From an uncultured Muribaculaceae bacterium (lineage in GTDB: Bacteria > Bacteroidota > Bacteroidia > Bacteroidales > Muribaculaceae): DNA of 64,000 bases. Below, piece by piece: positions 56,951 to 64,000 of the stretch (position 1 is the stretch's first letter; every line of letters begins with the position of its first letter). The stretch is from contig CAZFNR010000007.1 in assembly GCA_964520525.1 (NCBI GenBank), positions 3,968-67,967 on the forward strand. Reading direction: 5' to 3'. Below the pieces are notes generated by a model that saw only the letters and a list, made by a program, of their open reading frames with translations, searched no databases and was not told the origin of the DNA. The translations under genes and the position numbers were made by a program.

Positions 56951-58105
56951 TCAGTTCATTCGTGATTTGTAATCGTTATAATCATATTTTCGCAGGTATT
57001 CCAAATTTCCGTTCGTATGGCATAGCACAATATCGGGATGGGAGATACCATTAAACATTGTAGTTTTGACAGTTGTATAATGATTCATATCCTCAAGAGT
57101 CAGACGGTCTCCGATTGAGAGGGGTTTTTCAAAGCTCCAATCGCCAACGTAATCACCACTGAGGCATGAGTTTCCACCAAGTCTATAACTTGGTTTACCA
57201 TCAGCCGGTTCAATACTTTCGGTAATGGCAGGTTTATATGGCATCTCCAATGTGTCTGGCATATGACAAGCAAACGATGCGTCAATTATAGCAGTGTTTA
57301 TTCCGTCATTCTCCACTACGTCAACTACCGACGTGATTAAATCGCCTGTACGCCATGTAAATGCGCTACCCGGTTCAAGTATAACCTCCAACCAGGGATA
57401 ACGTTTCCGAAATCCTTTGAGCAAAGAGATAAGATGTTCCACATCATACCCTTCCTTTGTCATCAAATGGCCACCACCCATATTAACCCACTTCAAATCG
57501 CCGAGCAATTGCCCGAATTGGCTCTCAAATGCGTCCAGAACTCGTTGTAAGTCATATGACGATGATTCACATAGCGCATGGAAATGTAATCCCTCAATTC
57601 CGTCGGGCAACTCACCGCCAAGAGACTCTGCAGTAACACCGAACCTGGAACCCGGAAGTGCCGGATTGTATATGTCTGTCTCTATAACCGAACAGCGTGG
57701 ATTCACTCTCAGTCCGGGCGAGACCCGTCTCTCCGGGTGCGATTGATTCCATGCCATGAGCTGTCTGCTGAAACGATCATATTGACCGGCAGAGTTAAAC
57801 GTGATGTGTTTGCTTCCCGATAGATATTCAGCTATGGTGGATGGGGTGTAGGCCGGACAATAGCTATGCACATCGCCTCCAAGCTCCTCATTTCCGAGGC
57901 GTAGTTCGTTCAACGAGCTTGCCGTTGAATCACAGACATATTCTTTTATTATTGGGAAAGTGCGCCAAAGAGCATTGGCTTTAAACGCCATGATAATGTT
58001 GACTCCAGCTTCATCTTTGACTCGCTTTATCAGCGACAGATTCTTTCGGAGCTTATCCTCATATACGATATAAAACGGCGTGGGCAATTCTTTAATATCC
58101 ATCAT
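56951..58105 (-). CDS. nspC: carboxynorspermidine/carboxyspermidine decarboxylase
   Basis: 384 aa with the NspC-like N-terminus LPTPFYIVYEDKL and an alanine-racemase-fold decarboxylase layout. Its start overlaps the uvrD stop (ATGA). Confidence 0.85.
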   Translation of the reverse strand: MMDIKELPTPFYIVYEDKLRKNLSLIKRVKDEAGVNIIMAFKANALWRTFPIIKEYVCDSTASSLNELRLGNEELGGDVHSYCPAYTPSTIAEYLSGSKHITFNSAGQYDRFSRQLMAWNQSHPERRVSPGLRVNPRCSVIETDIYNPALPGSRFGVTAESLGGELPDGIEGLHFHALCESSSYDLQRVLDAFESQFGQLLGDLKWVNMGGGHLMTKEGYDVEHLISLLKGFRKRYPWLEVILEPGSAFTWRTGDLITSVVDVVENDGINTAIIDASFACHMPDTLEMPYKPAITESIEPADGKPSYRLGGNSCLSGDYVGDWSFEKPLSIGDRLTLEDMNHYTTVKTTMFNGISHPDIVLCHTNGNLEYLRKYDYNDYKSRMN

Positions 58106-60429
58106 GATAAAATATTAAAACGGGCGAATTTCAATAACAGGGTCTTGGTCTCTACATTGGAGAAATTAACCGTAATTCTCGGATCGGGCGACACCTTGTC
58201 GATGTTCGTAATCTCACCAAATCCGAATCGAGGATGCTCAATCTTCATGCCGACAGCTAAATCAGACACTTTATGTAATACAAAAATCCCCGATGAAACA
58301 TCAGCAGGTTTAGCCGTAGCAGTCGATATAACTGTGCTATGCCGGGTTGACACAGTTAAATCTGACGATGCATTATAGCTTTTCGATGTCGTCGAATGGA
58401 ATGACGATTGATACTTTTCAACAGGATTTATGCGTGACTGGGGGCCCAACGAAGTTCCCGACACAAGATGCAGATACTGAGGATTGATGTCGCGAATAAA
58501 ACGGGATGGTGAACAGGTGCTTGTCTGGCCGTTTCTGAATCGGGATGACGCATAACTTAACATACAGAAATTTTTAGCGCGCGTAATCGCCACATACAGT
58601 AGGCGGCGCTCCTCCTCAATCTCGCTTAATGTCGATGAACTCATAGCCGAGGGGAACAAATCCTCTTCTACACCGACAATAAACACGTTGGAAAATTCCA
58701 ATCCCTTTGCTGCATGGGCAGTCATTAGTGTCACACGTTCCCCGGACCCATCATCCTGATCTTGATCGGTTGCCAATGACACAATGCTGAGGAAATCCCT
58801 TAAGGAGCGCTCCTCTGAAGCCCCTTCTTCAAGTTTTCCGGTAACAAATTCCTTTACACCATTCAAAAGTTCATTGATATTCTCTTGTTTTGATATACTC
58901 TCGGGTGTACGGTCGGTGAGTAGCACCGACAACAATCCTGCTTCTCTGATTATAGCGACAGCGACAGCCTCCGCATCCAAACCCTGACTGTTCATATCTA
59001 TAAACCGCTGAATCATCGCCCTGAACGCTTCAAGTTTTTTAGTTATTCCACTGTTGACCCCCGGGCTATAAGAGCCAAGGTCATTCAGTATTCGCCATAT
59101 CGACACATGATTGTCTATTGCGCATCGCAACAACTTATTGACAGTTGTTTCTCCGATTCCACGTCCGGGATAATTGATAATCCGCCTTAACGCTTCGTCA
59201 TCATCCGGATTAACCGATAAGCGGAAATAGGCTATAGCATCCTTGACTTCCTTGCGTTGGTAAAACGATAGTCCTCCGTAAATACGATAAGGTATATTGC
59301 GTTTGCGCAATGACTCTTCCAGGATTCGTGACTGCGCATTCGTGCGATACAAGACAGCGAACTCATCATATGAGTCATGAGTGTTCATTTTTACCTGCGA
59401 TATGCGGTTGGCGACAAGAAAGCTTTCCTCATAATCGCTGTAACTTTGAACTACTTCTATGCGTTGACCGAGTGCGTTGCGTGAAAACACCTGTTTTCTG
59501 ATTTGTTCAGTATTCTTGTCTATGAGTGAGTTTGCTGCATTGATTATATTTTGAGTAGAGCGATAATTTTGCTCAAGTTTAAAAATCTTGAGGGTAGGGT
59601 AATTCTGTTTCAGATTCAATATATTCTTAATATTAGCTCCGCGAAACGAATAGATGCTTTGCGCATCATCACCGACTACACACAAGTTGTTGTTCCCAGC
59701 TGTAAGCTGAGATACGATGAGATGTTGTGCGAAATTTGTATCCTGATACTCATCGACAAGCACATATCTGAAAAATTCCTGATAGTGTCTCAAAATATCG
59801 GGATTATCTCTTAACAGCACATTAGTAAAATACAACAAATCATCGAAATCCATTGCGCCTGCAACGAAGCATCTATTGCGATAAGCCGCATATATCGCTT
59901 GCGTGTATGGCCGACGCGCCCGTTTGTCCGCCTCCATAAGCCCTCTATCTGCAGCGTATTCATCGGGTGATATCAGCGCATTCTTTGCCCATGAGATTGC
60001 CGACATGATGGTATTGGGTTTATATAATTTGTCATCAAGCCCCATATCTTTGATTATAGTCTTGATAAGAGCCTTGCTGTCAGAGGTATCATATATTGTA
60101 TAATCGCGTTTGAAACCAAGCCGTTCGGAATGCTGGCGTAATATTTTAGCGAATATGGAGTGGAACGTCCCCATCCACAACCGCGAAGATGTCTTTTGGC
60201 CAACAAGCCCTTCGATTCGCTCTCGCATTTCTCTCGCCGCTTTGTTGGTAAATGTAAGCGCTAATATTCTCCACGGTTCATAACCATGAGAAAGCAAGTG
60301 TACAATCTTATAGGTCAAAACACGGGTTTTACCGGAACCGGCACCCGCGATAACTAACGAAGGGCCATCGGTGTACAACACAGCTTGACGCTGTTGCTCA
60401 TTTAGTTCGTCAAGATATTCTTCTGCCAT
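58102..60429 (-). CDS. uvrD: ATP-dependent DNA helicase UvrD/PcrA
   Basis: 775 aa with SF1 motifs AGAGSGKTRVL, LVDEYQDTN and YRS, plus a C-terminal Tudor-like tail (HPRFGFGEI). Confidence 0.95.
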   Translation of the reverse strand: MAEEYLDELNEQQRQAVLYTDGPSLVIAGAGSGKTRVLTYKIVHLLSHGYEPWRILALTFTNKAAREMRERIEGLVGQKTSSRLWMGTFHSIFAKILRQHSERLGFKRDYTIYDTSDSKALIKTIIKDMGLDDKLYKPNTIMSAISWAKNALISPDEYAADRGLMEADKRARRPYTQAIYAAYRNRCFVAGAMDFDDLLYFTNVLLRDNPDILRHYQEFFRYVLVDEYQDTNFAQHLIVSQLTAGNNNLCVVGDDAQSIYSFRGANIKNILNLKQNYPTLKIFKLEQNYRSTQNIINAANSLIDKNTEQIRKQVFSRNALGQRIEVVQSYSDYEESFLVANRISQVKMNTHDSYDEFAVLYRTNAQSRILEESLRKRNIPYRIYGGLSFYQRKEVKDAIAYFRLSVNPDDDEALRRIINYPGRGIGETTVNKLLRCAIDNHVSIWRILNDLGSYSPGVNSGITKKLEAFRAMIQRFIDMNSQGLDAEAVAVAIIREAGLLSVLLTDRTPESISKQENINELLNGVKEFVTGKLEEGASEERSLRDFLSIVSLATDQDQDDGSGERVTLMTAHAAKGLEFSNVFIVGVEEDLFPSAMSSSTLSEIEEERRLLYVAITRAKNFCMLSYASSRFRNGQTSTCSPSRFIRDINPQYLHLVSGTSLGPQSRINPVEKYQSSFHSTTSKSYNASSDLTVSTRHSTVISTATAKPADVSSGIFVLHKVSDLAVGMKIEHPRFGFGEITNIDKVSPDPRITVNFSNVETKTLLLKFARFNILS

Positions 60430-60438
60430 TATCCGACG

Positions 60439-60618
60439 TTATCTGAATTGATTTATTTCACAGACATATTCCACCTGAAGAACTGACAATTTCCGTTTCA
60501 GCTCATCTTCGTCAATGTCAAGCGAGGCACACAAGTCGTCAAGTGAGTCGTATTTATCTCTGAGCAATGTATTAACATAGCTCAATAATATTGCGGGGTC
60601 ATGTGGTAACCGGTCCAT
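60439..60618 (-). CDS. DUF4250-like small protein (59 aa, below the ORF-track cutoff)
   Basis: Hand translation gives MDRLPHDPAILLSYVNTLLRDKYDSLDDLCASLDIDEDELKRKLSVLQVEYVCEINQFR, from ATG 60618 to TAA 60439-60441. It lies 9 nt upstream of uvrD. The sequence matches my recollection of the DUF4250 family (LP.DP..LLS.VNT.LRD). Confidence 0.6.
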   Translation of the reverse strand: MDRLPHDPAILLSYVNTLLRDKYDSLDDLCASLDIDEDELKRKLSVLQVEYVCEINQFR

Positions 60619-60716
60619 TGTTGATTCAAATCAATAAGGTTGTGTTAATTTATCTCCAAGACTACGAAGATAGAAAAATTTTCGCATTCCATCCCTATGG
60701 TTCATCTATTTTGCGT

Positions 60717-60724
60717 TAACTTTG
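60717..60724 (+). promoter_or_regulatory. candidate -7 box (TAACTTTG) for the polyprenyl synthase-tatD pair
   Basis: Exact TAnnTTTG match 41 nt upstream of ATG 60765. It is embedded in a small gcgtt/aacgc inverted repeat. Confidence 0.5.
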
Positions 60725-60764
60725 CAACGCAAACCAATAATAAGTTTATATTATAAAGCATATT

Positions 60765-61730
60765 ATGTACACCGTCAGTCAACTAAGCGACATCATAAAC
60801 AGCAAAATATCAGAAATAAAATATCCAAAAGCTCCCGCAGGGTTATATACCCCTATCCAATATACGTTAAGTGGGGGAGGGAAGCGATTGAGACCGGTAT
60901 TGACTCTCGCTGTATGCTCCGCACTTGGTGGTCAGCTTGACAAGGTTATCAATCAGGCTCTCGGCATCGAGATATTCCATAATTTCACTTTGTTACATGA
61001 TGATGTGATGGATAATGCCGACACCCGCCGCGGAAGGCAGACGGTTCATCGCCGATGGGATGTCCCCACTGCGATTTTATCGGGTGACGCTATGCTGACA
61101 ATGGCCACACAACATATAGCCGAAATTGTTGACGATAAACTCAAAAGCGAAGCGATTGCCTTGTTCAATAAAACCGCGATGGAAATATATGAAGGACAGC
61201 AATATGACATAGATTTTGAATCGAGAACAGATGTCACTGTCAACGAATATATAAACATGATAAGGCTGAAAACATCAGTTCTGATAGGTTGTGCGTGCGA
61301 AATGGGCGCACTGATGGCCGGTGCATCAGAAAATATTAGGGAATCTTTCTACCGCTATGGGGAGAAACTTGGCCTTGCGTTTCAGCTTCAAGATGATTAC
61401 CTCGACACGTACGGAGATTCGCTGAAATTTGGGAAGCAGATAGGCGGTGATATTCTCAACGATAAAAAAACTTGGTTGCTAATATCAGCCATAGAGCAAG
61501 ATGAGACTGGCGAGACCCGCAGTTTGATTGGCTCGGAGATTTTGCCTGAGACGAAAATCAAACGCATGAAAGCTGTATATGAGAGACTGAATCTACCCAC
61601 CAAGTGCCATGAACTTATCGAAAAGTTTATTGATGAAGCAATCGCTATCGTTGAACATCTTGAAATAGATGACGATGCGAAATCATTCTTTATCGACCTC
61701 GCGCGAAAATCAGCTACACGCGACCACTAA
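60765..61730 (+). CDS. polyprenyl diphosphate synthase (trans-IPPS family)
   Basis: 321 aa with the first Asp-rich motif LLHDDVMD and the second QLQDDYLD. A TAACTTTG box lies 41 nt upstream. Confidence 0.9.
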   Translation: MYTVSQLSDIINSKISEIKYPKAPAGLYTPIQYTLSGGGKRLRPVLTLAVCSALGGQLDKVINQALGIEIFHNFTLLHDDVMDNADTRRGRQTVHRRWDVPTAILSGDAMLTMATQHIAEIVDDKLKSEAIALFNKTAMEIYEGQQYDIDFESRTDVTVNEYINMIRLKTSVLIGCACEMGALMAGASENIRESFYRYGEKLGLAFQLQDDYLDTYGDSLKFGKQIGGDILNDKKTWLLISAIEQDETGETRSLIGSEILPETKIKRMKAVYERLNLPTKCHELIEKFIDEAIAIVEHLEIDDDAKSFFIDLARKSATRDH

Positions 61731-61738
61731 AGACCGAT

Positions 61739-62515
61739 ATGACAAGACTAACCGACACTCACACACATCTTTATTTGCCAGAATTTGAAACCGACGGATG
61801 CGATTCGGCAGTTGACCGGGCCATAGCCGCCGGAGTTGACCGACTGATTTTTCCGAATGTCGATTTGACCACAATTGAGCCCATGATGACACTGGCCTCA
61901 GCATACCCCGATAATATAGCGATGGCTATGGGTCTACACCCAACTGAAATCAACGAAAATTGGCAAACGAACCTCCAGAAAATTATCTTCATTCTCGATA
62001 AATTTCCCAATAAGTTTGTCGCAATAGGAGAAATAGGTATTGATTTATATTGGGACAAATCATTTCGCGAACAACAACTTGAAGCCCTTGCTATTCAGTT
62101 CAATGAAGCGAATAAGCGTTCCCTGCCAGTCATAATCCATTGCCGAGAGGGGTTAAACGAAGTCCTGAGCGTGATGAACAATGCAACAGTTCCAAATGGG
62201 GTCTTTCATAGCTTTGGCGGAACAGTCAATGATGTAGAGCGGATAAGACGACACGGCGACTTCTATTTTGGAATAAACGGGATAGTGACTTTCAAGAACT
62301 CAAAGCTAAAAGATGTGTTGGAAGCCATCGGAATTGAAAGGATTTTACTTGAAACGGATTCTCCATATCTTGCGCCTGTACCACATAGGGGTAAACGCAA
62401 CGAAAGCGCATATATAACTCATGTGGCCGCTTATATCGCACAAATTCTTGGTATGACCTTTGATGAAGTAGCTGCAATGACAAACAAAAACGCCAGGAGA
62501 TTATTCGGCATATGA
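61739..62515 (+). CDS. tatD: TatD family metal-dependent hydrolase
   Basis: 258 aa with DTHTHL at the N-terminus and conserved GEIGIDLYW, IHCR and ETDSPYL segments. Confidence 0.9.
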   Translation: MTRLTDTHTHLYLPEFETDGCDSAVDRAIAAGVDRLIFPNVDLTTIEPMMTLASAYPDNIAMAMGLHPTEINENWQTNLQKIIFILDKFPNKFVAIGEIGIDLYWDKSFREQQLEALAIQFNEANKRSLPVIIHCREGLNEVLSVMNNATVPNGVFHSFGGTVNDVERIRRHGDFYFGINGIVTFKNSKLKDVLEAIGIERILLETDSPYLAPVPHRGKRNESAYITHVAAYIAQILGMTFDEVAAMTNKNARRLFGI

Positions 62516-62525
62516 TTATCCCATA

Positions 62526-63791
62526 TCAAAATGCCTCACCAATAGCGAATAAAATCCCCGAAGTATCCTTTCCGAAACCATAATCAATGCGCGCGTTGAC
62601 GTTGTGCTTGAACTCAAATCGGAGGCCGATGCCAAAGTTATACAACCATTCTGGTCTTATGTCGCATTCTTTATACTCTTTTACGGCGGAGAAAAGAGTC
62701 GCTCCACCAATCCATGTTGTCACCCCTATACGTCGCCACAGATGCTGCCTCAGCTCCAACTGACAGGCGACTTGATTATTATCCATGTAAGAACCCATAT
62801 AATACCCCCTCATTCTTATGCCATCTGACGCAATCATCTCACGCATAGTCCATGGCGTATGTGATGTTTGGAGACAGGAGTACCAGTCAAATGCGAGCAC
62901 CGAGCCCCACCACAAATGCGTATAAACATTAAAGATAAGTGTATGTCGGAAAAATGAGGCCGGCGCATTGCCAAAATATTTATAGAAAAACATCGGTTTA
63001 TAGGCAAAATGCAGTCCGCGAGTGGGGGTCAACAGATTATCGCGGGTGTCATATTCCAACGAAAGTCCTAACCCCGTCACATAATACTGCTGTCCCTCAC
63101 CAAGCAGATAGTCGGGGTTGCCGAGATTACGAGCATCGGTGTAATCGGCCCTCACTTGGAATCCTCCATAGATATTATGAGTCAGTCGGTATATGTATTC
63201 AGCATTCAAGTCAATCTGCCGACGGTCATATTTTGTTCTGGGATTGGTAGCTGTCTCTTCGGAATTAATGCCCCAGAAATCGAGATGTTTTTTGTATATC
63301 TCGATTTTATAGGACAATCTGGATCTATTGTCAGGAAATAGATTGTTACCTTTGAGGGTAAAGACGTAAAATCCATTCAGCGATGCGTTGATTGACGCAA
63401 ACACATCGGAAGGCTGCATGATAGAGTCAGTACGGTCAATGCGATAAAGCGCGGTTGCCGCTCCGCCGATACCAAAACCCGCCTCGCGAGTGTAAGATGG
63501 GGTAATCCCAAAACTCAAATCAATCTTACGCTCATGAGTACGGTCGACATTACCTCTCATTAATGACGACAAGTAGGTGCGCATCCATTTTGGGGCTTTT
63601 GATAGATATTGGATAGAATCGGCATATTCCGTGGATGACACTACTTTCTTCTCAGGCACAATTTGTTTTATACCCGTCAATGGAGTGCCTATCCCATTTT
63701 CGAAATTAGGAATGGAATCGGGACTGGCCGTTTGCGCCACAATCAATGGCGAAGCAAACAGCCAGACTACAATGAATATCCAAAATCTCAT
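62526..63791 (-). CDS. Omp85/BamA-TamA-like outer-membrane beta-barrel protein (no obvious POTRA repeats)
   Basis: About 420 aa with a signal peptide (MRFWIFIVVWLFASPLIVAQ), alternating beta-strand pattern and C-terminal aromatic residue (GEAF). ATG 63791 follows the ORF-track TTG 63794. Confidence 0.55.
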   Translation of the reverse strand: MRFWIFIVVWLFASPLIVAQTASPDSIPNFENGIGTPLTGIKQIVPEKKVVSSTEYADSIQYLSKAPKWMRTYLSSLMRGNVDRTHERKIDLSFGITPSYTREAGFGIGGAATALYRIDRTDSIMQPSDVFASINASLNGFYVFTLKGNNLFPDNRSRLSYKIEIYKKHLDFWGINSEETATNPRTKYDRRQIDLNAEYIYRLTHNIYGGFQVRADYTDARNLGNPDYLLGEGQQYYVTGLGLSLEYDTRDNLLTPTRGLHFAYKPMFFYKYFGNAPASFFRHTLIFNVYTHLWWGSVLAFDWYSCLQTSHTPWTMREMIASDGIRMRGYYMGSYMDNNQVACQLELRQHLWRRIGVTTWIGGATLFSAVKEYKECDIRPEWLYNFGIGLRFEFKHNVNARIDYGFGKDTSGILFAIGEAF

Positions 63792-63814
63792 CAAGAGAAA
63801 GTATAATTACGAGG

Positions 63815-64000
63815 TCACTGTTTAGGCAGCGGCGGCATATCTTTAGGATATTCCGCAGCAGAATCGTCAGGCGTTTGTGAATCTCCGTGAACGCTACCCT
63901 CTTCGGTATTACTATTAGATGAATCGGCGGATAAGTCCGCAACATCTGCATCGTCAATGTCTTGAACGGCACTTTTTTTATCTGCCTCCCGCGCCGCAAG
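63815..64000 (-). CDS. 3' end of an unidentified gene (acidic, Ser/Asp-rich C-terminal tail); 5' part lies outside the window
   Basis: The minus-strand frame is open from the window edge to TGA 63815-63817 (61 codons: ...DIDDADVADLSADSSNSNTEEGSVHGDSQTPDDSAAEYPKDMPPLPKQ). It ends 20 nt upstream of the next gene. It is absent from the ORF track because it has no in-window start. Confidence 0.35.
   Translation of the reverse strand, partial: LAAREADKKSAVQDIDDADVADLSADSSNSNTEEGSVHGDSQTPDDSAAEYPKDMPPLPKQ

Noticed and set aside
63706-63999. 97-aa minus-strand ORF at the window edge
   Set aside because: It overlaps the start of the Omp85-like gene and has an implausible sequence. A different frame (63815-64000), open to the window edge, is the better reading.
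1-64000. Window-wide look for CRISPR arrays, long direct or inverted repeats, transposases, integrases, toxin-antitoxin pairs, restriction-modification or other defence genes
   Set aside because: None was recognised by eye. Every large ORF has a housekeeping or envelope assignment, and no repeat-spacer periodicity was seen. An exhaustive computational repeat search was not possible here.

Overview
This is a densely coding chromosomal segment that looks like a Bacteroidota (Bacteroidales-type) genome. Supporting signs are recurrent TAnnTTTG (-7) promoter boxes 15-100 nt upstream of start codons, T9SS-associated genes (porQ-like, gldH-like), DUF5686/DUF5606/DUF4250/DUF6249-type families and a PPi-dependent phosphofructokinase. 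I call 57 protein-coding genes, most on the minus strand in long co-directional strings with very short or overlapping junctions. Content is largely housekeeping: rlmD (partial), an EF-G paralog, lon, metA, galE, cls, mlaEF, two M16 peptidase-family proteins, ispH, cmk, an OMF-MFP-RND efflux operon, an ECF sigma module, the purH-mreBCD-mrdA-rodA block, bcp, a U32-family protein, a CCA-type nucleotidyltransferase, a PSP1/RicT-like protein next to RNase Y, zapA, pfp, kdsB, radC, a GT2, nspC, uvrD/pcrA, a polyprenyl synthase and tatD. I saw no rRNA, tRNA, CRISPR array, transposase, integrase, phage gene or defence-island-like cluster, so I cannot honestly point to a clear-cut novel multi-gene system. 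The best leads are: (i) a tight rny - PSP1/RicT pair; (ii) an EF-G paralog whose catalytic His is replaced; (iii) a secreted metallophosphoesterase/beta-propeller fusion; (iv) a U32 Fe-S-type protein overlapping a tRNA nucleotidyltransferase gene; (v) radC wedged between a membrane GT2 and a flippase-like protein; (vi) several unexplained structured spacers (357-722, 17934-18304, 49264-49459). Two genes absent from the ORF track were found by eye: a 59-aa DUF4250-like gene and a partial CDS at the 3' edge. All family assignments come from motif recognition by eye, not from searches.
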